Source of the DNA: an uncultured Treponemataceae bacterium
GTDB lineage: Bacteria > Spirochaetota > Spirochaetia > Treponematales > UBA12059
Direction: 5' to 3'
DNA: 46,652 nucleotides
Assembly (NCBI GenBank): GCA_964571545.1
Contig: CAZNCK010000003.1
Coordinates: 11,455-58,106 of the forward strand
The position numbers and the translations under genes were made by a program. Numbering within the stretch: the first letter of the stretch is position 1; the number at the start of each line of letters is the position of its first letter. The notes beneath the pieces were generated by a model. It did no database searches. It was not told the DNA's origin and was given only the letters and a program-made list of their open reading frames with translations. Positions 17,602 through 26,921 of this stretch are shown piece by piece.

Positions 17602-17919
17602 CTACAACCTCATTTGAATATACACCAACTCGTATTCTTCAAGTTTAATAATTGATTTTTCTAAAGAATTCTCTTCTATCGTCGCCTTGACCGATGCGCG
17701 ATAGACTTTTAAATCTCTATCATAGGTTTCCATCCCCGTTCTGTTGTCCAAGTGCAATGTAATTTTTTGATTCTCTTTAAATGGATTAACCTTGGGATAA
17801 TACAAGACAATTTTATACGGTTCAAACAAAAAAGCGCCCGCGACAATTGAAACTATTTCCTCGTTTTCATAGCCTGAGACAATTGCGTAGGTGTGACGAG
17901 GTATAAAATTTGACAGCAT
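17602..17919 (-). CDS. Hypothetical protein
   Basis: 105-aa ORF in an AT-rich block. It is the only long frame here, and I recognise no motif. Confidence 0.4.
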   Translation of the reverse strand: MLSNFIPRHTYAIVSGYENEEIVSIVAGAFLFEPYKIVLYYPKVNPFKENQKITLHLDNRTGMETYDRDLKVYRASVKATIEENSLEKSIIKLEEYELVYIQMRL

Positions 17920-17972
17920 AGAAAAACTCCTTAGGCGTACCCGCGGGGTCCAGCCAATATACTGGGCTGAAT

Positions 17973-18788
17973 CTACCCAGCCGCTTTTTTACTGGCTATA
18001 AGAAACAACCTGTTCTTAAATACAACATATATAGAAATGCCGCATATTATTATTGAATATAGAACAAAATAGTGTCCATTCATTTTAGGAGAATACGCCA
18101 TGTTTGTTAAAGTCAAATTTGTTTGAAACAGTATTACTGCATTATTCATCATCCAATGAAAAAAGATGCCCGCAAGGAACAAATTTCTATTATTGCGTAT
18201 ATAAACATCTGTCATCAGGATTGATACGGCAATTTCAGAAAGAATAAAAAGCGGATAGTATTTTAAGCCAATAGCATATTGCGTTGATCCGGGTCTTAAA
18301 AACTCAACCAAATGCCACGCGCCAAAATAAAAACCGACAAAACAGGAACTAACTAGGGGAGACCATTTTTTTAGCAACTCTGGCAATACATACCCGCGTA
18401 AACCAAACACCTCTTCAACGATTGGTCCTCCGAGTAAAATTATGATCAATAAAAGCGGTATTTGCAAAGGCTCTGTTTTTACCATCTTGAACGATGGCAT
18501 GTCTCCAAACAGCAGAGCTGCTACTACTAGCGTTAAAATATTTGCAAGCACTAAAAGGAGTAGTATTTTAAAATATTCAACAATAGGCGCCTTGATAGCA
18601 ACAGCCGCTTTTATTTGATTTATTAATCCAGAAGGTCCTTTTAAATAAAGCGTCAAGAGTATTCCAGAAATAGGCATGCCATAGATAAACCACTGCGGTT
18701 TTCCGCTAATCAACCATGGACCGTATCCCAATATCGTTGTCAGAGTAAAAAATATTGCTACCTGAAATTTTTCAATACATTGACGCAT
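17973..18788 (-). CDS. CPBP family intramembrane glutamic endopeptidase (CAAX protease/Abi family)
   Basis: 271 aa, polytopic. Family motifs are GPIVEEVFGLRGY (EExxxR), FGAWH and FFHWMMN. Confidence 0.8.
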   Translation of the reverse strand: MRQCIEKFQVAIFFTLTTILGYGPWLISGKPQWFIYGMPISGILLTLYLKGPSGLINQIKAAVAIKAPIVEYFKILLLLVLANILTLVVAALLFGDMPSFKMVKTEPLQIPLLLIIILLGGPIVEEVFGLRGYVLPELLKKWSPLVSSCFVGFYFGAWHLVEFLRPGSTQYAIGLKYYPLFILSEIAVSILMTDVYIRNNRNLFLAGIFFHWMMNNAVILFQTNLTLTNMAYSPKMNGHYFVLYSIIICGISIYVVFKNRLFLIASKKAAG

Positions 18789-18789
18789 A

Positions 18790-19611
18790 TTACGGTTTCG
18801 GTTTTAATAAAATCGCCGAGATGGCGACCGGTATAACGGGAGCCGCAATCGAATATATCCAGTTTCCTTCACCCAGCATTAAAGACTGATAAAGCATTAG
18901 TGCGGAGGCAGAAACCGCATAAAGAAAGAGATGCTTTAACCAGAAAATTCTACCAGAAGGAATTAACGCCACAATAAAAGAAGCCAACAGCGGCAATGCA
19001 AATTGTCCCAACACTCGTAAATCAGCGCTGCTCTCGCTTATTTTTGCTTTTGCCAGTAGCGCAAATGCAATTGAGACAACCGTATAGCCGATAAAGGAGA
19101 TGCAGGCGGTACTAACAGCTCGCAGAACAGCCTTTGACTTTTCAGATGCGATCAGTTTATGTGGGCTTATCTTATTATGCACCAACATACTAAAAACCAA
19201 TGTCTGCAAGAGTATTTCCGGAAAGCCTATCGCATGAAACCATAGCGGAATTCTTGAGTAGACAATTCCTTCTATAGATGAAGGCGCGGCGGCGGGCGTT
19301 CCAAGGATGCCCACTCCAACAAAAATCATCCAGATATAGACCCAGCCATTTTTTGAGTCTTCCAACAGTTTCTTGAACGGCAATAAAACCAAACCAATAA
19401 GTAGCCCACGAAGTATCTGGATCATTGGCCCAAACACGGTGGAGACGGACCCAAATGGCTTGTAGTACTCTTTTATGATTGGCATCTCGAAAAGAACCTG
19501 GTACTTCAAGATTGACGATGCGAGGAAACCAAAAATAAAATAGGTAACGACATGAAATATCATAACTGTCAGAAGAAAGGAAAAAACCTGCTTTGATCTT
19601 GATTGTTCCAC
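18790..19611 (-). CDS. Polytopic membrane protein of unknown function
   Basis: 273 aa with about 8 hydrophobic helices. Its stop is 2 nt from the CPBP start, which suggests co-transcription. Confidence 0.55.
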   Translation of the reverse strand: MEQSRSKQVFSFLLTVMIFHVVTYFIFGFLASSILKYQVLFEMPIIKEYYKPFGSVSTVFGPMIQILRGLLIGLVLLPFKKLLEDSKNGWVYIWMIFVGVGILGTPAAAPSSIEGIVYSRIPLWFHAIGFPEILLQTLVFSMLVHNKISPHKLIASEKSKAVLRAVSTACISFIGYTVVSIAFALLAKAKISESSADLRVLGQFALPLLASFIVALIPSGRIFWLKHLFLYAVSASALMLYQSLMLGEGNWIYSIAAPVIPVAISAILLKPKP

Positions 19612-19673
19612 TGAATACTCCTCGAAAAATATACAATAATGAATTAGTCGTTTTTTCTTGCGCCAAGCACGTT

Positions 19674-20255
19674 TCAGGCTCTGCTTTCTTTATTCGCATA
19701 GAGCACCTTATAGTGCGTCATATATATACCGCTGGCAAATTCTACAGCATCCAATAGTTTTAATCGCAACGCCTTCTCGGTGGTAATCCATTTTTTTCCT
19801 GATCCAATCAAGACAGGAAAGGTAAAAAGATATATCTCGTCAATCAATTCAAAGAATAACGCCTGTGAGGCCAGGGCAGCGCCTCCAATACCTATGGTAT
19901 TTTTTTCCTTACGCTTTAAATCCGCTATTTCATTCTTATCAAAGGACCGCCTTAGACTCGTTTGCGAGGTATCAACAGAAGTCAGTGAAGCACTGTAGAC
20001 AATTTTCCTCGCCTTTTTCCAGACACCCTCATACTCTTGTATATAATCCGGCAACGCTTCTCTATCCGGTAAATTCTCCCAGACTCTTAGTATTTGGTAC
20101 ATATTTTTTCCTAACAGAAAAACGCTATTCTCTTTTTCCAGCTTGTTTATGAATCTATGCACATCTTCCTGAGGCTCGGCCCAGTCGAAATTACCCGCCG
20201 CATCGGCAATATAACCGTCCAATGAAGTCAAAATTGCATAGTGCAAGGCGCCCAT
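19674..20255 (-). CDS. Dihydrofolate reductase family protein (RibD C-terminal domain-like)
   Basis: MGALHYAILTSLDGYIADAAGNFDW...FLLGKNMY...GGAALASQALFFELIDEIYLFTFPVLIGSGKKW. I chose the ATG at 20255 because a GAGGAGG ribosome-binding site precedes it. The longer ORF start at 20327 lacks one. Confidence 0.75.
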   Translation of the reverse strand: MGALHYAILTSLDGYIADAAGNFDWAEPQEDVHRFINKLEKENSVFLLGKNMYQILRVWENLPDREALPDYIQEYEGVWKKARKIVYSASLTSVDTSQTSLRRSFDKNEIADLKRKEKNTIGIGGAALASQALFFELIDEIYLFTFPVLIGSGKKWITTEKALRLKLLDAVEFASGIYMTHYKVLYANKESRA

Positions 20256-20302
20256 TACGACCTCCTCGATCAAACATGCGATATTAGCCACTATATGGTC
20301 AG

Positions 20303-20881
20303 CTACATAAAATCTTTCATGCTCCATTCAGTATCATGTATAATAATAGAAAACAATCGATTTTCCGCCGGGTATAATCCTGGAACGCCAAGCTTTTGGA
20401 TATAGCCTTCCTTGCCATAGTCAACCGGCACGTTTATCCTGCTGATAAAATCATTAGTACACTTCGCGTTTCTTTCCTCGACCTCAAGGAGAACATCAAC
20501 GCCGGGCCGGGCAAAATAAACAGCTTTATGTTCTGAATAGTTCTTGAGGCTTATAGTATGCAGGAGCCAGCCGATACGTCCCATGAATGATGAAAATTCC
20601 AGCAGATCATCCACGTCCAAAGCGATATGGTGTAATCCGGCTCCTCTTTTTTTGAACGCCGCCAGGTAGGGGCCAGTCTTAAGGGGGGCCTGAAGAAGCA
20701 GTCTGGAACAAGATTCTGAAGGCCCGATATAGGTTTCCTCAGTTCCTTCTGATTCAAACCTCTCGATTTCACCGACTAAACAGCCTACTGTTTTAAATTT
20801 TTCTGATATTTTTTTTATATCAGAAACCAAAATAGAAACATGATTAACGCTCACCCTCATGCGCGCCTCCGAAATAGCCAT
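20303..20881 (-). CDS. VOC (glyoxalase/bleomycin-resistance/dioxygenase) family protein
   Basis: 192 aa. VNHVSILVSDIKK and GLHHIALDVDD are typical VOC beta-alpha-beta-beta-beta module strings. Confidence 0.6.
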   Translation of the reverse strand: MAISEARMRVSVNHVSILVSDIKKISEKFKTVGCLVGEIERFESEGTEETYIGPSESCSRLLLQAPLKTGPYLAAFKKRGAGLHHIALDVDDLLEFSSFMGRIGWLLHTISLKNYSEHKAVYFARPGVDVLLEVEERNAKCTNDFISRINVPVDYGKEGYIQKLGVPGLYPAENRLFSIIIHDTEWSMKDFM

Positions 20882-20974
20882 AGAAACGCCGGCTCTCTTG
20901 CTCCGTCTTCTGCACGCACTGTCATAGATATGTCTCCTTGGCTAAAAATGCATAGTCTCACCAACTCACCGCGC

Positions 20975-21508
20975 TCATTCTACTAAAAAAACATTCCAGC
21001 ATATGTCATTTCTATTTTTCTGATCGTCTAATACCAGTTCCTTTATTTCTACCGGCAATTGGTCATGTTGCCATGCGCATTCTTTCCGGCCATTTTCAGT
21101 TTTATTTCCGCCCTCGCTAGCGGCCAGTACCGCCCTAATCGCGTATGCCGCCGCTCCCAATTCATGCGCCGCTACGTGTGCTACGGCGGCGGCCTGGCCA
21201 GCCGACAGCGCTGCCAGCCTAGCGGCTGACAGCCTTGCGGCTCCAACTACGTCACGAGCGGCGGCATTAGCGTCGAACGCCGCTTTTTTTGCCTCGGTCA
21301 CTGTTATTTCCCCACTGGCCCACGCCCGTGTTGATTCTATGGCTTTACGAGGTCTATTATCGCCTGTACGTTCATTTTCAAAATAATGAAGAACATGTTC
21401 TGAACACCTTGCCGCCCATAGCGCCAACACATGGTGATCCGTATCTGTCAGGGTTCCTCCGCGCCTGATCGTTATAAATCTTGAATCTCTTATTCTTGGT
21501 AAAATCAT
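20975..21508 (-). CDS. Hypothetical protein (resembles putative immunity-protein, Imm5-like, family)
   Basis: 177 aa. HHVLALWAARCSEHVLHYFE...PRKAIESTRAWASGE and an Ala-rich helical repeat match a family I recall being annotated as putative immunity protein. The call rests on memory only. Confidence 0.35.
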   Translation of the reverse strand: MILPRIRDSRFITIRRGGTLTDTDHHVLALWAARCSEHVLHYFENERTGDNRPRKAIESTRAWASGEITVTEAKKAAFDANAAARDVVGAARLSAARLAALSAGQAAAVAHVAAHELGAAAYAIRAVLAASEGGNKTENGRKECAWQHDQLPVEIKELVLDDQKNRNDICWNVFLVE

Positions 21509-21576
21509 AAAGTCCCTTATCTTGACTCAGAGGCAGGGCTCCGTGATTGGACAGTTTGAAGCTCTTTATGCGCGCC

Positions 21577-22068
21577 TCACCCCATGTATTTCTTGCCGAT
21601 ACTTGAGTCGATGCTCATTTTAATGATCGTGACGCCATCATACGAATGGTCATCCTTGATGTTCCTGTCAAAAATCGGTTGCGGGTCCTTTTCCAGATGA
21701 TTCAGGATTATCTGCAGGCCGTGCTTTTTCTCTGCGAGCTCATCAACGATACACATAGCACCGCGTATGACGAGCGATTCGTAATCATGATCGCATCTGG
21801 TTTCAAGATATCCATTATCTTTGATGAGGGTTGCGCAGGCATTGGCATTCTTCCTGATGAAGTCCAGCTTGTCGCCCTTGTTTGCACAATGGAAGTACAG
21901 CACATTACATTCAGCGTCCAGCCCATAGCTCATGGTGACAATATATGGGATATTATTATCGCAGAGTGCTATGGTTACGTGATTGCCTGCCTTAAGCAAC
22001 GCCGTCTTTTCGCCTTCACTGATAATCTCATTTCTTTTTCTTTTGGGGTGGTACTGATCCATTGGCAA
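21577..22068 (-). CDS. Pyridoxamine 5'-phosphate oxidase family (FMN-binding split barrel) protein
   Basis: 163 aa. The pattern is VTIALCDNNIPYIVTMSYGLD...LYFHCANKGDKLDFIRKN...ACATLI...YESLVIRGAMCIV. Confidence 0.65.
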   Translation of the reverse strand: MPMDQYHPKRKRNEIISEGEKTALLKAGNHVTIALCDNNIPYIVTMSYGLDAECNVLYFHCANKGDKLDFIRKNANACATLIKDNGYLETRCDHDYESLVIRGAMCIVDELAEKKHGLQIILNHLEKDPQPIFDRNIKDDHSYDGVTIIKMSIDSSIGKKYMG

Positions 22069-22173
22069 ACTCCTTATAGATTGGTACTAATCGTAACAGG
22101 CCTAATTATACTCTTAATACCAATCTTATGGAGGGGTCAGCGAAGAAATTTCAACACGGCCCCTGCCGCATTA

Positions 22174-22593
22174 TTATTTCCACACCGCCAGTATTCCGCC
22201 GTACAGTACGTAGCTGAGCAGGAACAGCCCGTTGTTAATGACGAGCACTATCGACTTCCGGCCTTCCCACAGGGTATTAAGGCTATGGGTCAAGGCGAAA
22301 CCGGCCCAGACCACGAGGCCGACGAGGGAGCCCTGCGCGAAGCTGGCGGCGCCTATGCTGTTCACCAGTACCATCATGCCATAGACGACAAGGAGCGACG
22401 CAACGAAGCCGTTTACGAAGAGCCAGGGCATAGCCTTCTTTTCAGCCTCGCTCATCTCGTGCTTTCCGTCCATGCCGAGCGCCTTCATCCAGGGCGTGGC
22501 GAACAACAAGGGCGAGTACCATACCCAGCTCAGTACGAAGTTGACGAGGGACAATACGACCAGAGGCGCAATGGCCACGCTAAAATCCAGCAT
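22174..22593 (-). CDS. DUF1761 family membrane protein
   Basis: 139 aa with 4 TM helices. The N-terminal LVNFVLSWVWYSPLLFATPWMKALG is typical of DUF1761. Confidence 0.65.
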   Translation of the reverse strand: MLDFSVAIAPLVVLSLVNFVLSWVWYSPLLFATPWMKALGMDGKHEMSEAEKKAMPWLFVNGFVASLLVVYGMMVLVNSIGAASFAQGSLVGLVVWAGFALTHSLNTLWEGRKSIVLVINNGLFLLSYVLYGGILAVWK

Positions 22594-22620
22594 ACAGACT
22601 CCTTGTTAGGCAGAAATACA

Positions 22621-23502
22621 TCACGCGCCTTCAAAGGCGCGCGTCAGCTCGGCAATATCGAATTTCTTCATCTTAAGGAAGGCCTGGGTAACCCTGGCCA
22701 TTGCGTCGCCGTCGCCAGAGGTCATCATAGTGTCCATGGCGGTCGGCACGATCTGCCATGACACGCCGTAGCGATCCTTGAGCCAGCCGCATTGTTCCGC
22801 CTCGGGCTGAGCGGAGAGCGCATTCCAGTACCGGTCCAGCTCCGCCTGGGTATCGCAGTACAGCATGAGGGAGATAGCCTCGTTGAAGGTAAAGGCGTGT
22901 TCATAGGCGCTGTCCATCGCGGCAAATGACTGCCCGGCCAAGCTGAACGCTCCGTGCTTAACGGTGCCGGCCGCATCAGGCGCCTCATCGCTTCCGTATC
23001 TCATAGTCGGCCCCAGCTTGGAGCCTGCCACCAGCCCCGTGTACAGCTTCATAGCGTCTTCCGCGCGCCCGCAGTGCTCGCCTACAAACATCAGCGTCGG
23101 GGTTATTTTTTGCTCATACGGAATATCGCCCATCCGCATGATCTGCCACGAAAGACCGAAACGGTCTTCTATCCATGCGTAGCGCTCGCTGAAGGGATAG
23201 GTTCCGAGCGGCATCAGCTCGGCGCCTCCACGCAGACCGGCGTACAGACGATCCACTTCCTCGTTCGTGTCGCAGGCTACCAGAAACGAAATGGCTGGAG
23301 TGAACGTGAAAAATGGCCCGCCAGACATCAGCATGAAGCGCTGACCGGCCAGCTCTATGGTGAGCAACTCCACAGTCCCCGAAGGCGTGTCGCCTATAGT
23401 AGAACGGCTGAGTATGGAAGAGCCGGGAAACAGCGAGGTGTACAGCTCCGCGGCCTCGCCCGCTTCCTTGTCGTACCAGAGATGGGGAACGATTTTCTGC
23501 AT
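22621..23502 (-). CDS. Two-domain VOC/PhnB-like protein (3-demethylubiquinone-9 3-methyltransferase-domain family)
   Basis: MQKIVPHLWYDKEAGEAAELYTSLFPGS... is repeated in the second half (ITPTLMFVGEHCGRAEDAMKLYTGLVAGS...). The ATG at 23502 follows an AGGAGGTC ribosome-binding site. The longer ORF N-terminus (to 23661) looks non-coding. Confidence 0.75.
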   Translation of the reverse strand: MQKIVPHLWYDKEAGEAAELYTSLFPGSSILSRSTIGDTPSGTVELLTIELAGQRFMLMSGGPFFTFTPAISFLVACDTNEEVDRLYAGLRGGAELMPLGTYPFSERYAWIEDRFGLSWQIMRMGDIPYEQKITPTLMFVGEHCGRAEDAMKLYTGLVAGSKLGPTMRYGSDEAPDAAGTVKHGAFSLAGQSFAAMDSAYEHAFTFNEAISLMLYCDTQAELDRYWNALSAQPEAEQCGWLKDRYGVSWQIVPTAMDTMMTSGDGDAMARVTQAFLKMKKFDIAELTRAFEGA

Positions 23503-23649
23503 GCTGACCTCCTGATATGCGTCCTCTAAATATAGCGATATTCGGCGCCGCATTGGCAAGAAACCCCTCAAAAAATCGCGACAAGACCTCCTGAAGTGGT
23601 GAAGTCTAGAACAACACGATTTCGGGCGAGGAATCCAGCGCCTGATTTC

Positions 23650-23678
23650 TTGACATACCATGATCTGCTATGTATAGT
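23650..23678 (+). promoter_or_regulatory. Sigma70-like promoter of the padR operon
   Basis: TTGACA (23650-23655), a 17-nt spacer, then TATAGT (23673-23678). It lies 30 nt upstream of the padR ATG. Confidence 0.5.
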
Positions 23679-23707
23679 AGCTCTAGCTATCAGCGAGGCA
23701 AGGCTTC

Positions 23708-24067
23708 ATGGACATCAATAAGGATCTCATAGCTGCTTCTTCCACCCCTCTCGTACTGGCCATCCTGGCTGAAGCGGACAGTTACGGCTACGCCATACTA
23801 CAGCGAGTCCAAGAAATATCCGGAGGGCATCTGGAGTGGACAGACGGCATGCTCTATCCCGTGCTCCATAGACTCGAGAGGCTTGGCTACGTAGCGGCAC
23901 GCTGGGAAGTCGCCGAGAGCGGCCGTCGACGCAAGTATTACGGGCTAACACCTCAGGGTCGGGCTCAGCTCGCAACGGAACGGGAACAGTGGCAAGCGGT
24001 AGACGCCACGCTGCGGGGTATCTGGCAACTGCTCATCCTCGATCCATCACGCTTACAGGGAGTCTGA
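23708..24067 (+). CDS. PadR family transcriptional regulator
   Basis: 119 aa. Winged-helix strings are PLVLAILAEADSYGYAILQRV and GMLYPVLHRLERLGYVAARWE...RRKYYGLTPQG. Confidence 0.9.
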   Translation: MDINKDLIAASSTPLVLAILAEADSYGYAILQRVQEISGGHLEWTDGMLYPVLHRLERLGYVAARWEVAESGRRRKYYGLTPQGRAQLATEREQWQAVDATLRGIWQLLILDPSRLQGV

Positions 24068-24070
24068 ACA

Positions 24071-25441
24071 ATGATGCATACATATACAGTGGCGCTCGAA
24101 GAGCAAATCGACCAGTGGCGCGGTTACCTGCGAAAGCGCCAGGCCATCCACACCGTGGACATAGCGGAGCTTGAAGACCATCTACGCGAACAGGTCTCAG
24201 GCCTGGTGGAGGCAGGACTAGCCGCGGATGAAGCGTTCCTGGTAGCGGTCAAGCGCATGGGTAATCTGGACGCCCTCTCGCGGGAGTTTGCGCGCGAACA
24301 CTCAGACCGCCTCTGGAAGCAGCTTGTCCTTGTTTCAACAGATGCGGAAACGCGGAGATCCGGGGGCCAAAAAGAAATGATTGTAGCCTTCTGCATCGCC
24401 GCGGCCGCGGCCCTGGCCATAAAGGCGCCGGCGCTCTTTGGTATGCCTATCGACGACGGAGTTGCCGGATTCTATATGCGTAACTTGAGTCTGTTTATAC
24501 TCCCCCTCCTGTCAGTCTATTTCGTCTGGAAGAGAAAAACTGCCCCACGAACTATCATGTACCTTGCGGGAACATTCATCGTAGCGGCCATCGTCGCCAA
24601 CATCACTCCGGTAACACCGGGCGGCAGCACTGAGGCACTCATGGCACTGCATCTGCCCATTTCGCTTTGGCTTGTCGTGGGCATAGCGTATGCGGGAACC
24701 CGGTGGGACCAGTCGGCCGGTCGCATGGACTTCATCCGGTTCTCAGGCGAGCTGTTCATTTACTACGTGCTGATAGCGCTCGGCGGCGGCGTGCTCTTCG
24801 GGTTCATGTCTATGATATTCAATGCCATAGGCATCGATATCGAGCCCCTCTTCGAGTCATGGCTACTGCCCTGCGGCGCCATGGGAGCGGTGGTCATAGC
24901 CTCATGGCTGGTGGAAGCAAAACAGAACGTCATAGAAAACATGGCTCCTGTACTAACGCGCCTCTTTACACCGCTGTTCGCCCTCATGCTGGTGATATTT
25001 CTATCAGTAATGATCTGGACCGGACGCGGGTTCGATATAGATCGTAACGTGCTCATCGCCTTTGACCTGCTGCTGGTGGTGGTCCTGGCGCTGCTCTTAT
25101 ATTCCATCTCCGCCCGTGATCCCCACGCACGCCCCGGCATCTTTGACATTGCCCAGATTGTATTGGTGCTCAGCGCTCTCATCGCCGACGCTGTCGCGCT
25201 CTGGGCCATAGCGACACGCATATCTGACTTAGGCGTTAGCCCCAACCGCGTCGCGGCCCTGGGCGTCAACATTATGCTACTCGTGAACCTGACAGGGTCC
25301 GCCGCGCTCTACCTCGGATTCATCCGAGGTCGCGGATCGTTCACGCGCCTCGAACGCTGGCAGACACGGTACCTGCCGGTCTATGCCGCATGGGCGGCTA
25401 TAGTCGTGCTGGCATTTCCGCCATTGTTCGGGTATATCTGA
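24071..25441 (+). CDS. Polytopic membrane protein with a cytoplasmic N-terminal helical domain (DUF4153-like; typical PadR-linked partner)
   Basis: 456 aa. It starts 3 nt after the padR stop. The N-terminus (IDQWRGYLRKRQAIHTVDIAELEDHLREQV...DEAFLVAVKRMGN) matches the permease-prefix domain seen after PadR genes. About 10 TM helices follow. Confidence 0.6.
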   Translation: MMHTYTVALEEQIDQWRGYLRKRQAIHTVDIAELEDHLREQVSGLVEAGLAADEAFLVAVKRMGNLDALSREFAREHSDRLWKQLVLVSTDAETRRSGGQKEMIVAFCIAAAAALAIKAPALFGMPIDDGVAGFYMRNLSLFILPLLSVYFVWKRKTAPRTIMYLAGTFIVAAIVANITPVTPGGSTEALMALHLPISLWLVVGIAYAGTRWDQSAGRMDFIRFSGELFIYYVLIALGGGVLFGFMSMIFNAIGIDIEPLFESWLLPCGAMGAVVIASWLVEAKQNVIENMAPVLTRLFTPLFALMLVIFLSVMIWTGRGFDIDRNVLIAFDLLLVVVLALLLYSISARDPHARPGIFDIAQIVLVLSALIADAVALWAIATRISDLGVSPNRVAALGVNIMLLVNLTGSAALYLGFIRGRGSFTRLERWQTRYLPVYAAWAAIVVLAFPPLFGYI

Positions 25442-25531
25442 ACACGGTATGTATGCCGCATCCTTGAGTAGTAACGCTTGGACAGAGTCTGTGCCACACG
25501 ATATTCCTTAGCTGGAACAGTCGCCAATATC

Positions 25532-25978
25532 TTATTTTTCCATTAGTTCTATTCCGCTATTTCTTACCTCAAATCCATATTTTTTGTATAGTTTTTTAGC
25601 TAGCGTATTATCAGCCCCTACTTCTACATTAAAAGCGCTTATAGTCTTTTCTTTTGCGACCCGCAGAACCTTCTCGATTAACATTGATCCAATTTTATTG
25701 CTCCGATATTTTTTATCGACGAAGAGATCATCTATTGAACAAACAAAGCCATAATTGCCCATTGCATAATAATATTTAACGACCACGTATCCAATAATTA
25801 GATTCTCACTTTTTGCGCAAAATACATTACCTACTAGCTCATTTGATATAAATACAGTGAATGCTTTGGTTGCTTTCTCTATATTAACCGTATAGCCGGA
25901 TTCAGAGTAGAATGCTTTCATCAATTCAAGCAGGCCAGGAATATCCGATAGCGTTGCCTTGCGTACTGACGAGACCAT
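25532..25978 (-). CDS. GNAT family N-acetyltransferase
   Basis: It has the acetyl-CoA motif A (DLFVDKKYRSNKIGSMLIEKV) and a C-terminal KLYKKYGF. I chose the ATG at 25978 because a GGAGAAAGG ribosome-binding site precedes it. Confidence 0.8.
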   Translation of the reverse strand: MVSSVRKATLSDIPGLLELMKAFYSESGYTVNIEKATKAFTVFISNELVGNVFCAKSENLIIGYVVVKYYYAMGNYGFVCSIDDLFVDKKYRSNKIGSMLIEKVLRVAKEKTISAFNVEVGADNTLAKKLYKKYGFEVRNSGIELMEK

Positions 25979-26067
25979 ACGTTCCCTTTCTCCAAAATCG
26001 CATTGTATTGTTCTGAGCAATTAGCATAACTAAAAATCTATTTTACGCGTTTAAACATTAAATTATT

Positions 26068-26583
26068 CTACCTAATCAATTTCTTTATTGGCTTTATTGT
26101 TTTTAACGCCCAGTCATAATGACTGGATGTTGCTGAAACAAGATACGCTCCTAATGATGTCGTTCCAGTCCATACATATTTTTTCTTTGTGAATAGATCG
26201 TCATCGGTATGGCTTTTAATTATATCAGTTATTTCCTTATGGCTTTTATTTAATAAGTGCAATGCCGCATTCAATTCTGTACCCTTATACTTTTCATAGA
26301 TTCTATGATTCAACACTGGTAACGTTGCCCATGTCACATCCTCTGCCGGTATAGCGGGCTTCTTTCCACTCATTCCAATTTCATACCAATTCTTCATCAT
26401 TACATGCCATTCATGTAGATGGCAAATCACATCAGCTATTGTTTTATCTCTATCATTAAGCTCATTATTGCTATAAATAATTTCTTGATATTCTTTGGGC
26501 AATGTTTCAATAAACCCAAATAATTTCTTTAAGTTTTCATCGCCAAGCGACAGCAACTCTGATTTATCAACTGGTCTAGGCAT
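26068..26583 (-). CDS. ClbS/DfsB family four-helix-bundle protein (DUF1706)
   Basis: 171 aa. The layout is RPVDKSELL...CHLHEWHVMMKNWYEIGMSGKKPAIPAEDVTWATLPVLNHRIYEKY...SHYDWALKTI. This matches the family built around the colibactin self-resistance protein ClbS. Confidence 0.65.
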   Translation of the reverse strand: MPRPVDKSELLSLGDENLKKLFGFIETLPKEYQEIIYSNNELNDRDKTIADVICHLHEWHVMMKNWYEIGMSGKKPAIPAEDVTWATLPVLNHRIYEKYKGTELNAALHLLNKSHKEITDIIKSHTDDDLFTKKKYVWTGTTSLGAYLVSATSSHYDWALKTIKPIKKLIR

Positions 26584-26862
26584 CGTTCCTCCTTCTATTC
26601 TGCGCCGACTGTGTTACAAGAATCATACCTACATCATTTTTATTTAACTATAAAATGCTTTCTATTTGATCCGCCAAACACATCAATGCATCTCGACGTT
26701 CCTGTACACTTTTTTATACCTACTTTTTTACAAAACTCAGTATACAATCAGTCTAGCGCAAATTCCATAGGAAATTTCATCCATTTTGATTCGATTTCGA
26801 TCTAGATGTGGACATTTTTGGAGTTATCGATCCGTACATCTGTTTGGTTTATTAGCCCGCAA

Positions 26863-26891
26863 TTGACGCCGGCATGGCATTGCCTTACCAT
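26863..26891 (+). promoter_or_regulatory. Sigma70-like promoter upstream of the DDAH gene
   Basis: TTGACG (26863-26868), a 17-nt spacer, then TACCAT (26886-26891). An AGGAG ribosome-binding site at 26909-26913 precedes the ATG at 26922. Confidence 0.4.
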
Positions 26892-26921
26892 AGGCGCAAT
26901 TCAATGCCCAGGAGCCCATCA

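Noticed and set aside
19190-19699. 169-aa minus-strand ORF overlapping the 273-aa membrane protein gene
   Set aside because: It is an alternative frame of the same strand, with no hydrophobic periodicity or motif. The 18790-19611 frame encodes clean TM helices and abuts the CPBP gene.
21646-22761. 371-aa plus-strand ORF, the longest unassigned frame in the track
   Set aside because: It runs antisense across three well-supported minus-strand genes (PNPOx, DUF1761 and the VOC C-terminus). It has low-complexity, Arg/Gly/His-rich composition and no recognisable motif, which is typical of a shadow ORF.
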